From Diadema antillarum (lineage: Eukaryota), in NCBI RefSeq assembly GCF_040938485.1, contig NW_027270889.1, positions 682,001-746,000 on the forward strand: a DNA stretch of 64,000 nucleotides, written 5' to 3'. The notes under the pieces were generated by a model. It was not told the origin of the DNA. It did no database searches and was given only the letters and a program-made list of their open reading frames with translations. Of this stretch, positions 1 to 14,057 are shown in pieces (the stretch's first letter is position 1; each line of letters starts with the position of its first letter). A program made the position numbers and the translations under genes.

Positions 1-105
1 ACGTATAATACTTCTAGCATCGTCTAGTTGATCATATAACTCTAAGCAATAGATGTAGGATGTGAGATCAGCCTTCCTGTCTTTGTGAAGAAAAATTTAT
101 CTTAC

Positions 106-208
106 CAGGGTCCTCTGCCACGTTGGAAGATGAGGAGCCCACTGACGCAGTTCCTATGGCAACCATGAGAATCCAACGGCAGAACAGGGTGCAGAATGTC
201 ATTCCCAT
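106..208 (-). CDS. Candidate first coding exon (signal peptide) of a gene continuing off the left edge; possibly a third nAChR subunit
   Basis: ATG at 208 gives MGMTFCTLFCRWILMVAIGTASVGSSSSNVAEDP plus 1 nt, then a GTAAGA donor. The exon is 103 nt with a phase-1 end, the same phase as exon 1 of both nAChR genes here. Identity cannot be determined from this window. Confidence 0.45.
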
Positions 209-1086
209 TGTTCAGAATTCTTACGGCGTCACACCCACGTGCTTAATAGCAACCAGTGAAAGTCTAGTGTTTTGTTTTTGTTTCTTAGACGATTATGAAA
301 ACGAAGAGGTGGAACACCTTGCCGATCCCGTGATAAATATCATCAGGAACACTCGTGGGGAAAACTGATCAGGAAGAAACAGCGACCGTTTTCAGGATTA
401 TGGCAGGATGAACTGTGATGGTATTAACTGGCCGTGGCAAAGTGCCATCATTGATATGCAAATCAAAACCCCATGATTTATCTTTTTTTCTGGTTTGTCC
501 TTGAGATATTGTCACACCCCCCCCCCCCCCCCTCCAACCTGTTTCTCTGACGCCAAACTTCGCGCATAACGAACTTTCAGTTTCTGTTCTACGAAAGCTC
601 CCAAGGCAGAATACATTTACCTTATTTAGCTTTTGGAAGGTCATTGTATTCAGCAAATAAACGCTCACTTTTTGGCGTACAACTCTGTGTTATGGTGTTT
701 ATTCCTGTTTTGCTGTTGTTTTGTTGTTGTTGCTGTTGCTGTTGTTGTTTTTGTTGTTTATAGTTTTTAACTCCACATGAAAAATATGTTTGTCTGGCCT
801 TATCGTTCGTTCGTGCGCACCTGTCCTGGTTTTATATCATCGCTTTAAGAAATTACAGAGACCGGAAGCAGTCCCGGAAAAGTTGGCCCTTTTGAAGTGG
901 ATCAATATCTAATCATTTTCACTGTTACTGCTGTTTTTGCAATCAATCGCGGCTTCTTTTTTCACTGCACTGCCTATAGAAAGTGGGCATGCGTCGGCTA
1001 ACAATGACTAGCATTAATGTGCAAGTAGAAGTAGATGTACCTAGAGCAACAATGGCAGTAGTTGCAGCAGTTGAGCAGCAGTATAT

Positions 1087-1355
1087 NNNNNNNNNNNNNN
1101 NNNNNNNNNNNNNNNNNNNNNNNNNNNNNNNNNNNNNNNNNNNNNNNNNNNNNNNNNNNNNNNNNNNNNNNNNNNNNNNNNNNNNNNNNNNNNNNNNNNN
1201 NNNNNNNNNNNNNNNNNNNNNNNNNNNNNNNNNNNNNNNNNNNNNNNNNNNNNNNNNNNNNNNNNNNNNNNNNNNNNNNNNNNNNNNNNNNNNNNNNNNN
1301 NNNNNNNNNNNNNNNNNNNNNNNNNNNNNNNNNNNNNNNNNNNNNNNNNNNNNNN
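1087..1355. other. Assembly gap (N run)
   Basis: N run; other gaps at 9012-9229, 24873-25027 and 31818-31982. Confidence 0.98.
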
Positions 1356-4300
1356 TTTTTGTCCTGAAAAGGAGTTTTTCAAAGCTGGGTCTGGTTTGTT
1401 CAACCTACCTCTACTTGCATTTAGAGAAAGCTTACCCTGGGGAAGATAACAAATTAGGTGAATAGATAAAAAGATAAAGGAAACTTGCTTGGATCGTAAT
1501 CTGGGTTAAATGAGAACGTTTACAGAGAAAAAAAAAACCCAGAACAAATAAACAGGCAAACCAGTAAACAGACAAGCGATTATACAAACCAAACCAATAA
1601 AAGACCCACAACAACATAAACGCTGGTCCTTGTTTCTAATTAGTGTAAAGTTTAACAGAATAGAGAAACGATGAGTTCAGCAAATTATAGAGACCTGGCC
1701 TGGGTACATTTGCACTCTTACAGTTATTGTTTTATTGCTGATTATTTTTTCGGGGCACGGAGAGGGCGGGAGCCATGCCTAGTTGGGGGTCCGGGCTCTA
1801 GAGATGATGACTGTAGATTTCCTTCTCACATTCACATCACGTGACATGTGGTAATTGACAATCGCTTTGACAATTTTCTCAAGCAATTTTTTTCTTTCAA
1901 GCCATTTTCCTTGAATGGATCCTTTAACACAATGAACATCAGAGTGACAACACGTACTACTCATAAAGCATTATCTGTATCATTTCTTTTTTATTTTCAC
2001 AAACAATCACGAAGAAAAAAAGTATGTGCATTGAACAAAACACGGCAAGTCTCGTATGTTGTAAATGTATCAAAATACATGTATGCTTACAAGTAATGTT
2101 ACAAAATAAATAATAAGCGCTCATTCCCTTACACACTACTTGCGTTGATAGTGGGTAACATAATTATCTGCATTCTGGAAAAACACATTTCTACCAGTGT
2201 ACCAAAGCATGCAAAATGTGATGTCATAGCAATTCATCGCCGTGGAAACTGGTTCAAAACAACATCGCCTGGCCCTAATATTAATGTGAACACTGTGTTG
2301 CTAACCACGCTCGAACCTGGTTACAACACAAGTTATAACAAAAGACTGTGACATCATCAATTCGTAACTTTATACATGACGGTAAACCCGATTCAAATGC
2401 TGCTCAAAGGCTATACAGTGGTGACTCACAAATTTAATGGCTGCCTTCTGTACAGGCAAGCTCCAAACACGCCAAACGACTTGTAACGTCGAAAATGATC
2501 TTGAAGTATTTTGAGGATCTGACACCAGACTACACAAACCACCCGGAAGTGAAAAGCCCTGGCGATCATACGCTTTTAAAAAAGTGTCTTTCAGAATCCC
2601 AACGTATCATATAGACCAATCCGGTTTTAAAACACTGTAACTTATGTCAGCCATCACCGGCGTGCTTCCAACATAAGAAGAAAAGATGATTCAATAGGTT
2701 ATGCAATGAGTGAGGTACATTGCTTTGTCAGTGCATAAATTAACTATTGTTACGCATACTAAAGCCCCCAGTTATGACTGATATAGAAGTAAGGATAGAA
2801 ATCAGCACTCAAACCGAATCGGTCCATACTGGGTCTGCGTCTATTTTGCCACGGCCTGTGATAAGTTAGCTTACACATAGCTTACATGATAAAAGTTAGG
2901 TAATATCTAAAGTTTTATTGCTTATTTTCATCTGTACCAAATAAATGATAACTGTGTCTTTCCATAACCATAGTGTCTTCAAACTGGTATATACAAACAA
3001 ATCAATCTTCAAGACATTGGGGTCCTAGAAAAAAATTACTATGACATTGTGAGCAAGCAAAACTGAGTTTACAGAAATATTACCACTATTTACAACATTC
3101 CCATCACACCTACTGCTTAGGTATATGATACGATATAAGGCACATTGTTTGCCAAGAACAATTCTTTGTCCGCATCGATGACATCAAAAAATCATTAAGT
3201 ATCAACATTAAAGATTTGCACTTTTCTCTAGACCAGCATGTACGAAATAATACATTGAATTGCGTTCACGATTAGAATTCTGCATATTTTCATTTACATG
3301 AACACTTGCAGACTTTATAATGCATTGATCATAATATTCGATACAAAACGAGCTACTTTTCTAGTTCGTGTTCTTCTTGATTAGTATCATCCAAATCCTT
3401 CAAAATACATTTAGGTGACCATTTGTTACAATGACGTATTCTTATAGTTGAAAGAAAAACAAAATAAGAGCGTATCCAATTATACAGCTTATGAAAGTGT
3501 CTCTCATACATGTTTTATCAATCATCTGTGCGCCGCATTAATTTCTTGTCCATAGGTTGTGAACGAGTGTGACAATCATGCATTCATTCATTCATTCATT
3601 TTTTTTTTTTTGCATAATCGGCTAATTAGCACAAAAAGGGTAAAATATTTTCCTTTATGATGTATTTAGAACTTTTCATCATTGATTTTATAACGTAAGT
3701 ATGTAAATGAACTGAGTAAATCTGTGACGTCATCAACTCTTCTAATTTGCATAAAGTTGGGGCAACATAACTGTTCTTGGAAATCAAGAGATCTATAATA
3801 CCAAAACTCTCTTGTAGGTGGTCTTTTTTTAAAGAAAACTTCCAGGTGTCTGTCGATTTTTTCCTTGTCAAAGTTAACTGAAGCACAGAATTAGATCTTG
3901 TTTTCTTCCTCTTCAAACTATATATATTTTTTCACACTGTTTCAGAGCATCGTGTCAATCACTGGTCACAACAATAACCTTTGCTATAAAGCAAGGGGAA
4001 AAGGATGTGGACGAGGTCTATGGCAGGATTCCGGCATGCTGGCGTGAGACCAGGGTCGATCTATGGTCCGATGTTCCTGGCACGACCTTGCTCTACATTC
4101 ACTGGTAGCGAGCAGAAATGTACAAGGACAAAACATCGAATAATGATAATGGCAGTGTTAACTCATCGAAGCTTTCCTATATGTATAATGTGCTAAGGCT
4201 TATGAATTCAAACATGTCAGTTATGAGTCTCGATGGAAATATACAAATAACCCTTTTTTGTTTTGTTTTTGAAGTGTAAAAAAAGGGTGCTTGAATAAAA

Positions 4301-5419
4301 CGTTCTTATTACACCGTCACATACACTTTTTCTTTCACTTTATAAATCTGTCAGGAACATACACTAAATTGAGTACATACTTGTTTATTAACGTCTTTCT
4401 TTCCTCTATAAGGATAAGCAGTATGCCCAATGCACTACTGCCGTATTGTACGTCGCATTGCCTCTTGATTTTCCTCCAAATGCTTGTAGGCCTACGTGCA
4501 AACCTGTTGTCGTGATAACGACGACGTCAATTGCGAGAACACTGGTAGCACTGAAGAGGCTACTAGTACCCTGGTTGAACAAGAACAGATTCAACATTTT
4601 CAATACTGATTGGCTTTTGGTAGGGTTTCAATGACACTGGCCCTTTCGCTTGTGATTTATGTCGTCCAACGCTTGACAAATTCAACATGAATTCTTTTCA
4701 TCACCATTCATTCCTCAATACAATGAAAGATATGGGCATTTGAAAAGAATAATGATTTTATTGCATCCCGAATTATGAACGAGTATCCATCGATGAATTT
4801 CCTTCATGACCGCTATTCTTCAATGAGTAATAATTACTAAATCAGTCGGTGTTTATTCAGCATCATTGACAGAAAAAAAAAAATTAACAACCTCTCAAAT
4901 GTCCATTCCAGGCTCCCGATTGCATGATTATAAAAAAAAAAAAACATGTGTTAACAAAAGGATGCATTTGCATCTCACTGAATTGTTCATTGCTTCATTC
5001 GTAAAAGAATTGAAACAGATCTGACAACACAGGGAATTCTGTTCAAAACATCTAATTCTTATGACAAAAGTGATACCAAATTGTAGAGGAGGGTTTTCAT
5101 TTCCAATCTTTAAGATAAACCAAACATCGCCTCTGCCTAGTCAACTGATTAGAAAAAAAAAACCTGACTATGTAGCAGTTGGTGCTAATGGACCGTCATT
5201 TGTCAAGGACCAGAACAGGTGCAACAAAGCGACGTCCAAGGATGATGATGTCTGTTCCAGAGAATCTCTTAGCTCTTGCCATCATCACCTAAAATCTTTC
5301 ATCAGCAATTTGAGACCATTACGGCAGCTTTACTGTTTACAGTCTTGTGATAAGAGTGACTGAAAGGTGGCCGTTCAGTATGGCTGGTGCATGGTCAATG
5401 TTTCCGGCTAAGAAAGTCC

Positions 5420-5979
5420 CTAGAAGTCTTTCAGACTGACATAGGTCTTTGGCTGGCACAAGATGGCCAGGGTACAGATTACCGTTGAGATGAGGAAGAT
5501 CCACATGAAGAGTCGATCGAATACGACGGCGACGTACTTCCACTCATTTAGGACCTCGTCCTCGGCGTCGGCTTCACGGTTCCTCGCGGTCATGTACTTG
5601 AGATTGGCGGCGATGTCATGCAGCATCGATTCGAACTTCCAAGCGGAGCCAGACACGAGCTCTTGGGACTTCTTTCCGCCGTCCTCGACCGCAGACACGC
5701 CGTTGTGCCGTGGCGGGGCGAAGCTCTTCTCGTAGCCGTTGCCCACCTTCCCGTCCTTGTTGGCCGCCTCGTTGTCGTCGCCGTCACCGTCGTCGTCGTC
5801 GCCCATGCTGATGAGCTCCTCTCCCATGAACATGCAGCGGGCGAGGACGGAGAAGGAGAAGTGTTTCAGCCATCGAGGGACGCGATGTGTGCCGGGAAGG
5901 CGGAAGTGCAGCCACAAGACAAAGACGGTCATCACGGTCGATAGGGACACGAGAACGATGACGCATGCGTAGTACTGAG
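5420..5979 (-). CDS. nAChR gene A exon 6 (M3, intracellular loop, M4, stop)
   Basis: Acceptor ccttccAG, then (A)QYYACVIVLVSLSTVMTVFVL...[17 protein letters not shown]...SLKDF*; 560 nt. Confidence 0.92.
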
Positions 5980-8900
5980 CTGGAAGGGGGATGATAGGAT
6001 GCAGATATTTGAAAACTTTCCATGAATCTTACTACACTGGAGGAGTGAAGGGTCATCACAATTCACTTCTATAATGTATTCAAATATGTGTATCATTAAC
6101 TTTTGTCAACGTTTGTGCTGCTGTCCCAAAAATTACAATTTCTAGGAACCTTTCGATAACATTTGCAATTTGAGAGATAAAGTGCAGATCAATGATATAA
6201 TCATATATATGATCAATCATCTAAATGAAGAGTGTTTGGGGTAGTACCTGCGAGCTTTGCTGTTGCTTTGAAAATCTCATATAGCGACGGGAAATGCACA
6301 TCATATCAGTCATAAATGTCACATGATATTTGTCATTAGGCATAAGCAGGTGCTGGTTTTACTTTATGTCATTTAAAGCTTTAGGATAAGAAATAGGATA
6401 CTGATTGTAGAATTTAGGTTTTACGGGTCATAGGATACACGAAATTTTCTATGTTCGTTTTGACCAAGTACATTTTTAAACTTTTTAATGTCTTGATTTA
6501 AATCTTTATTTCAACTTTAAGTTCGTCACAAAACTTGTATTCGATGTTTGCTCTTTCTGCTTGCTGCAGTTCATGAAAGGTTGGTACGATAGAAGTGGTC
6601 AAACTGTAAAAAAGTAGGTGATGTCGAAAGGTCACGTATACGGTTGAAAAAAAAATCGAGTAAATAAACTGTAAACTCAGCTTCGATTCAAGATTCGTAC
6701 ATGATTTTTTATGGTTTATGATGGGGAGGCGCTACTAAACTGACGTGCAAATGTAGCTACGAAACTAACCAATCAGCGGCACCACTTCCGAGGTTGGCGG
6801 CATGGTCTCCGCAACCAGCAGGAGGAACACGGTCATGGCCAGAAGAATGGTGATCCCCAGAGTGACTTTTTCTCCAGCGTCGGCAGGCATGATGAACACC
6901 AAAGTCGTGATCAGCGAAATCAAGATGCACGGCCCCAGGGGATTGATCATATGAAAAAGCGCCCTCCTGCGGATAATGACGGTGAAGTCGACGTCGGGGT
7001 AAGGCTCCGCGCAACACTGGTAGAAAGCGATGTTGTTGCGAACCGGCATGCCAATGAGCGTCCACTCGCCGTTGTCGATGTAAGAAGAGACGTCGCCGCT
7101 CATGGATCTGTTCCTGAGATCAAGCTGAAATCCGTTGTAGGCCCAGGAGCCAAACTTCAAATGGCACTGCTGCTCGTCGAATGGAAAGTAGGTGATGTCG
7201 ATCTTGCACGTGCTCTGGTAGATAGCCGGGGCGTTCCAATAGACCACCCCTTCGTGCGTTACGGTTGCACTGGTGAGCATCATACCGCTGAAACCACTGT
7301 CAGCGCTGATGAAATCAATCAACCAAGAAAAGGACAGAAGCAAAATATTATCCAAAGCAAGACAAAATAAAGCTTAGAATTGGCAGAAAATAGATTTATT
7401 CAACCATATCTACAATGATAATCGTTTGAACTAAAGTTGATCACCTGATGCGGTTAAATAGGAAATGTATTTTTTTTATAGTTATTTCATGTTGAAACTT
7501 CTTCAAATACTCATCTTCAACATAAAACGAAACAAACATAAAAAGTCATTAGGGCCTTTGGGATATCCATCGCAAGACTTATGCTACATTCAACTCGCGT
7601 GACCTTTCCTGGCATCTAACTTTGATAAACTTCAAAGAACTGTTTTCCACTTACTTGGTGTACAGGACAATGTCTGGTCTCCATATTGAGTCTACAGGCA
7701 CAATCAACACAGACGTGTTGCCGTAATCTTCAGGATTCCATCTGAAATTGCTGTCAGTCCATTGCTGGTAAATATAATCACGAAATTAATTGAAGTTTTA
7801 CATGCAATCAGAAAATCATTGTTGTAGAAAAGAGAGAAAGTCACGTAGAATTATCCAATGGTGTAACCCAATTTGCAATGACATAAATTGATGTAATGAC
7901 AACTCGAATTAACTCATTTCTCAACTATATTCATGGACTATTATTACATTATACAGCTTGAAAGAGCACTTATGTAGTTTCTTTTTTTTAATTAATATAA
8001 TTGTATGATATTATTAACCATTAATCAATCATTGATTTGAATAACCTCGGCACATTCATCAACTAAGCAAGGGAATGTCCTTTCATATATAGTTGAAATG
8101 AAGCTTTTTAATCCCTTTTTCTACAATGTACAGTCAATCAAAAAATCCGTTGTAAGTACTATTTATCTTTTAACGAACAAGGGTCATTTTATGAAATAAG
8201 CATTTATATTCCGGTCTTTTCTCTCTGAATGGTAACTTTCATAGGTATTCAAATTACCTTTCTGAAGACAAGAGAAACAAATGAAAGAAAAAATGCTAGA
8301 AATGTTAAAATGCAATATCTTGTTTTAGAAACTTTATGATATCAACATCCTGGAAAGTGGGAAAAGATATGGATAAAATGTTTATTTACAATTTGATCTA
8401 TCATTAGAGCTGTCCTAAAATGCTCACACCATACTCGGGTTTTTTTTTTAACTGTGCCTTACCATTCTCATCCAGAGGTTGCTGGTAAGGACCTGACTCT
8501 TTTCATCCTGTAGAATGAAAGAAAAAATGAGAGAAAGAGTTTAACAGCCAGAATAGTATTATGTTGATTTCGACTTAAATCTGTCGATAACGGGTATCAA
8601 ATACCATTAGTATATTTTATATATTTTTTTGGTAACTTATTCGTGTATGTTCATCGTCAGAATAAAATGCAGCTTATAATTCTTGACCATGTAGGTCTTT
8701 ACTCACATCCATTTTGTTAGGTTTGCGTTACAGTTTTACCTGCCATACAACCCCATACAAAAGAACGGGAAAAAAGGAGATGTATAGCTGTGCACCAGTC
8801 TCACACACCGTCCCACACTAGGAAACTGACCGATAGTGCTGACCCCTCATGGTCCGCCCAAGTTGACCAGAAATAGTCGCCAAACAGTATCAACTCTACA

Positions 8901-11774
8901 CGTTGCGCCATGGGAGAAGTAGAGTCCTCCGTAGTGTGAAGAGAAATAACTGCTTGTGTTTGTCAAGCCGTTAAACAAAAGAACCCTACCATTATCACCA
9001 TTGTCGTCAGCNNNNNNNNNNNNNNNNNNNNNNNNNNNNNNNNNNNNNNNNNNNNNNNNNNNNNNNNNNNNNNNNNNNNNNNNNNNNNNNNNNNNNNNNN
9101 NNNNNNNNNNNNNNNNNNNNNNNNNNNNNNNNNNNNNNNNNNNNNNNNNNNNNNNNNNNNNNNNNNNNNNNNNNNNNNNNNNNNNNNNNNNNNNNNNNNN
9201 NNNNNNNNNNNNNNNNNNNNNNNNNNNNNCATCATCAACACCACTATCATCTTCATCATCGTCGTTGACATCACCAATTGTTCATCATGCCAAGTTTTGC
9301 TCACCATGTCGATAATCTGCTGGATGGCGGCACCTAACCGCACCATAATGGTGTCGGTGGCCCGCTCGACGGGGCGGACGATGCTGCTGTAGTTGGCAAA
9401 CATGTCCCGCAGGAGCCGATATTCATCTTCAGTGCCGCGTGCTCCTGTTGAGATGGAGGATAATAATTCAGTCAATTCCACTAACAAACATTTGACCCTT
9501 CCTATGCCTTTAGTACCGATTGGCACAAAAAAAAACCCATAGCGTTGTACACGCACTATGCAAAGGGTTAACTTAAGTTGTTGCAGATATGTTGATGCGG
9601 TGGTCCCAATGGGGCTAAAGAAGAAGGCTTGAAATGTTTGCTGAGTATTTATAGCGTGAAATCTTCATCACAGTTAACCCCTCATTTGCATCAATAAACA
9701 GTTTGCATATGATGTCGATGCCGTTTTGGGACGGTGGTAGTTAAAGAGTTAAACTCTTCTGCTTCCCTTCCCCCTCCCCTCCGGCATTCCCCTCCCCCGC
9801 CTTTTCGTGCACAGATGGCGCGAGAGATCGGAACGAAATTTTCACCTACATGGCGGTTGGGAAAGTCAGCACAAATTATAATTATCATCCCTAATTGGTT
9901 ATGTCAACACAACAGCCATGTTTACTAATATAGGTATATTCTATACATTTTTATAAAACACTTCTCATGACTCCCAAAAAGCTTGCTGGAGGTTTCCCTG
10001 GACTTGCCCGACATAGCATCAACTAATGCATGCAAAGGGCATTCAAAGGCATTGAGTGTACTCGTAGACAGAATAGCTTGCTTGTATGTCCTATGACGCA
10101 AATAACCATTGCACTAGTAAACTTGCAGGGTTTTATTCACATTCCTTTCATTCCTTTCGATAGCAGTCAATATAGGTTACCATTTTAATGTCTGTGCATT
10201 TTACACATTTTACACAACTAAACATTTTTAATCAGAATTTGCCACTTAACCTTTCATTCGATTTATCTTTTTTTCTCTTTTATTTTCACTTTTGGGACAA
10301 ACCCTTATAATGGCAAGAAAATAACTTACAGTACATTATTTTCCTTTGCGACAAAACTATCGCTTATCAGGTACGTAGCCTGACGAAAAATACCCACGAT
10401 TCAAACAAAATTACACCCCCCCCCCCTTGTGTCATAGTGTTGAAATAAAGATAGGTAGATCAATACAATCGACAAGTTAAAATGCATGTTAATCCTACTG
10501 CCTTCAGCACTTTAATGCCCCCATGTATGTGTGTGTAATGTCCACCCATCTTGTCGAGGGGCGACAATGGAGATATAAGTATGAATGGACATTAGAATCT
10601 GGGATCTACTAAATACTGGTATGGTAACTGTGGAATGGATCTGCGTCAAACAGTCTTAAGCATAAAACATGTTAAACTTTCAACTCAAGGACAATAATAC
10701 GTAGATTGCTTACGTCCTGGTCTCTACTCGACCCCATGTCCTTTCGATCGGCTGACCAACGCCTGAACAAATTGTCCATCGGGTTTCCACAAACAATAGT
10801 CATCTGCTATCTTCTAATTAGGATGCATTATTCATAATCTATATCAATTTCTGATGGTGTTACGTAACAACTTACCGCCACGCTTACGTGTAGAAATTTG
10901 AATGCGTAATTGAAAGGCGAGGCAAGATATTCTGATTCCAGTGGTTTATGGGGTAACATAAACACACAAAAATACTCATACACACACCCTCATACAAGTA
11001 GAGGGTCTCACATAATATACATACACAAAGACACACAGAAACACAAACATACTATAATAATGAATCTATGCGTATTATGATAATAAATACAAAATGTGTT
11101 CTTTTTCGCAAAATATGTGTCAGATGAACTTGATAAAAACGTACTTTAAGAAGATGTAAGGGAAACATTGATACATATTACTTTTACAGTATTTTGCTAA
11201 AAATGCCAACGAACTCTGTTGAAATATGTTTGTAACACATTTAAGCTTGAAAAGCCTTTCAACTGCAACGAATGAAAATCTAAAAAGATATATATTCCCA
11301 TTTCCTCCTGTATCCGGCTACGTGAAATATTACAACAAAGCAGAAATCAACGTTACCCAATTCGTTACCTAATACAACATGATAAAAGTATGTATGAATG
11401 CAAATAACTTTTTTTCTGCCTCCCTTCCTTTTCTTTCCCTCCTTCTCTTTCTTCTTCTTTTTTTTTTCTTCTTCTTTTTCCTCTAATTTAGATTTCATCT
11501 TGTTATGCTCCCTTTTTACCTTTCATTCTCCCCGTTTCTGTTTTCTTTGTGACGTATTTTCACAAGGATTGATGGTAATTGGGTGGATTTCCTGATTATA
11601 CAAACATGCCGAAAGTAATGAATGCGTTTATCCTGAAAACTAGAAATTGGAGTAGGGACGATGAATTCCAAACTAAATGGTCGATGAATCAAAAACAAGC
11701 AAACAAGAAAGTAAAAGTTACTTACCCGCTAATAGACCCGCCAGAAAACATACAACGACCCAGTTCGATGCCAT
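5420..11774 (-). CDS. Nicotinic acetylcholine receptor alpha subunit, alpha9/10-like (gene A), 6 exons, 479 aa
   Basis: Exons 11774-11726, 9444-9305, 8507-8463, 7764-7655, 7305-6770 and 5979-5420 all have GT-AG boundaries with compatible phases (1440 nt total). Motifs: Cys-loop CKIDITYFPFDEQQC, loop B FGSWAYNG, loop C YQCCAEPYP (vicinal Cys = alpha), GEK before M2, M4 DRLFMWIF. Subfamily assigned from recalled alpha9/10 motifs. Confidence 0.93.
6770..7305 (-). CDS. nAChR gene A exon 5 (Cys-loop, loops B/C, M1, M2)
   Basis: Lies within ORF 6765..7355; acceptor tttcatcAG, donor GTTAGT after EVVPLI; 536 nt. Confidence 0.93.
7655..7764 (-). CDS. nAChR gene A exon 4 (loop A)
   Basis: 110 nt, QWTDSNFRWNPEDYGNTSVLIVPVDSIWRPDIVLYTN; AG and GTAAGT boundaries. 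Confidence 0.92.
8463..8507 (-). CDS. nAChR gene A exon 3 (45 nt, loop D)
   Basis: DEKSQVLTSNLWMRM; ctacAG and GTAAGG boundaries; canonical 45-nt nAChR exon. Confidence 0.92.
9305..9444 (-). CDS. nAChR gene A exon 2
   Basis: 140 nt, ARGTEDEYRLLRDMFANYSSIVRPV...AIQQIIDM; caacAG and GTGAGC boundaries. Confidence 0.92.
11726..11774 (-). CDS. nAChR gene A exon 1 (signal peptide)
   Basis: MASNWVVVCFLAGLLA plus G, GTAAGT donor, phase 1 matching exon 2. Confidence 0.8.
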
Positions 11775-12068
11775 TGAAAGACGTTTTGTATCTTCCTCGT
11801 AATAGTGTACTGATGAAGAACAGGAATATCAGGCTATCGAAAGATAACGAGAACGCGGGATACGTTTGATAAAAGTTCGTTCTAGAATCCTAGACCGCAG
11901 GTTACGTAGAAAGGCAGTAGGCCAACGGGAGTCCTGACAGAAGAAATAAATCTTTTCTAACAGAATAAACTATCAGAACGTAAAGTCCAGCCCTACACTG
12001 CCTGCTCGCATGACATCGATCAACGCTGAGATGATATCGATGTGCGCTCTTTTACCTGAAAAACATTC

Positions 12069-12080
12069 TGCGCATGCGTC
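12069..12080. promoter_or_regulatory. NRF1-like motif upstream of nAChR gene A
   Basis: TGCGCATGCGTC, about 300 bp upstream of the gene A ATG; matches 10/12 positions of TGCGCATGCGCA. Confidence 0.3.
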
Positions 12081-13825
12081 GATTCAATATGCAGAATGAC
12101 TGATGCAGTCAACATTTCAGTTCTTATTTTAGAAAGTTGACGTAATTGTCCTGAAGAATGTGTAACGTTTGACAAATGGACTAGGTGTAATTCTTAACGC
12201 TAGACTGTAGCTGCATTTCGTTTTACAAAAGTTGTATGACTTACTTTTAATTCGATAACTCTTTGATAGATTTTATGCATTCACAGCCAATAAGTGAATG
12301 GATAAGAAATATACATTCTATAGATAGGTTTAACACTTAAAATGCAACTCCCATAATCCTCATCGCACTTGTGTATGATGATAATAATGATATTACCAGT
12401 ATCAGCATCAGTCTTAGTTCTCGTTAAGAAATACAAAAAGCACCAGAGCTTACAGCATGAGACGATGTAAAGTGAAAAGGAGAGAGAGAGAGAGGCAGCG
12501 ATACAGGGGCAGCAGCCATTAGAAGAGGTTGACGTGGATAGCGACTTCAACTAATGAAAACAAAAAGAAATGAGTGATTTTCACATTCTATATTATTGTA
12601 AGGTACATTTGCTAAATACAAGGTTGAAATATTGAATTGGGCAGGTGAGTGTTTGAGTATGTTGTTCAGATAAAATAGGTGTGTTTATATCAGACATTGC
12701 GAATATGCATGCAAGTGTAATAGTGCACGATACTGCAAACACTAAAATGAGCATGAATCATCTCAGGGTTATTACAATGTTAGTTTATCTTCCCACTTTT
12801 TATAGTATCTCAAGATGGTAACATGGCCTCAACTGCAGAGTCTGCATATCGGGGAACGTGAGTCTGCATAGACCGATCGGAATTTTCCCGACAGATTGCG
12901 GATTGGGACACGCCAACACTGTATTATTGATTATATAGGCTTACCGCACCCATCAGTCTGCCCATACCCCAGTTAATGTGTTGGCGCTGGCTTAAAATCT
13001 GCAAACCTGTCGGTAATTCGATTACTGCTGGATCATGACATGTACATTGTGTAGTGTGTGAAGAAATCATGATTTGGGTAGCATCATTGGCCAAAACAAA
13101 CTATCGAGCTATTTTTGGGGGGTAATAACGTTATTGTATATTTAATAATAGGGATCCTTTAGTTTGATGATATGCAATATCCATCACTTCTTTTGTCCTT
13201 TGTTGTGTAGCACTTTCAGAATGCAGATCAATACTTATGCGCTCTGATGGATGGTACACTCAGCAAGCGGGGAAAACTCGGGCAGATTACATGCATTGAT
13301 TTCCGCTAATTAAACGCACTATACTCCGTGAAAGTGCGGCGACATTTCGCTTACAACATGGAGAACCTATACATAGACTCTCCATTACCCTGACCTACAC
13401 TTCCGTCCAATTGATGTTTGCTTGGGTGTGTCTGCCGCGAAGTATCAGCGCGCTCCACCCTTTCATAACACACCCTCAAGTTAGATGACTAATAGCAATT
13501 CGGAAAAGCCTAACTGTTACGTTATTCTTCGTATGAGGCATTTTCCCACCTATTCAATATGCATCAAAGAGGTCACAGTGATATAACAATTCACAGTAAG
13601 TTTGCTTCAGCTTCTGGGACAGAGACTATCCACATTAATAAAATGCCCATCTGCACAACCGTTCCTGTCTTTGCCAAATGAATTCGTTATGAGGGAAAAT
13701 ATATATCTTGTTATCCTGATCGATATCAGAACTAACCACACTCTGTTTATGCTAATAGATATGATTAGATGTTACATAATGCTTCACGCGCGCAGCTCAC
13801 CAAAGCAATATCGGAGTTTCTCGGT

Positions 13826-13837
13826 TGCGCATGCGCA
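13826..13837. promoter_or_regulatory. Perfect NRF1 palindrome upstream of nAChR gene B
   Basis: TGCGCATGCGCA, about 220 bp upstream of the gene B ATG. Confidence 0.4.
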
Positions 13838-14057
13838 CAGAGCAAACACTCCCGACTCTTGCCTGTGGAACTTGAGAAAAGGGGTTGCTCCAAAGAAAAT
13901 TTGTGAAATCTCTCTCGATATTGTGCTTTTTAAACCCGTCTTGATTTGTATCCGATTCTTGTGATTTTCTGTTGTTTTCGAAGGAGACTAAGTTCATTAA
14001 ATCCTCATTGAAAGACGCAAGATTTGCAACATCAGAAATCTACTTTTCGTCAGTACG

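Noticed and set aside
983-1465. ORFs spanning N runs (also 8956..9556 in part, 24794..25139, 31776..32016)
   Set aside because: Artefacts of translating assembly gaps
5337-7370. Multiple overlapping ORFs (e.g. 5463..5735, 5618..5944, 6757..7065, 6951..7370)
   Set aside because: Antisense or alternate-frame shadows of GC-rich nAChR exons; no independent motifs or splice structure
12281-12550. ORF ending in a phase-1 GT as a possible exon 1 of nAChR gene A
   Set aside because: No in-frame ATG (TTG only) and a poor signal peptide; 11774-11726 fits far better
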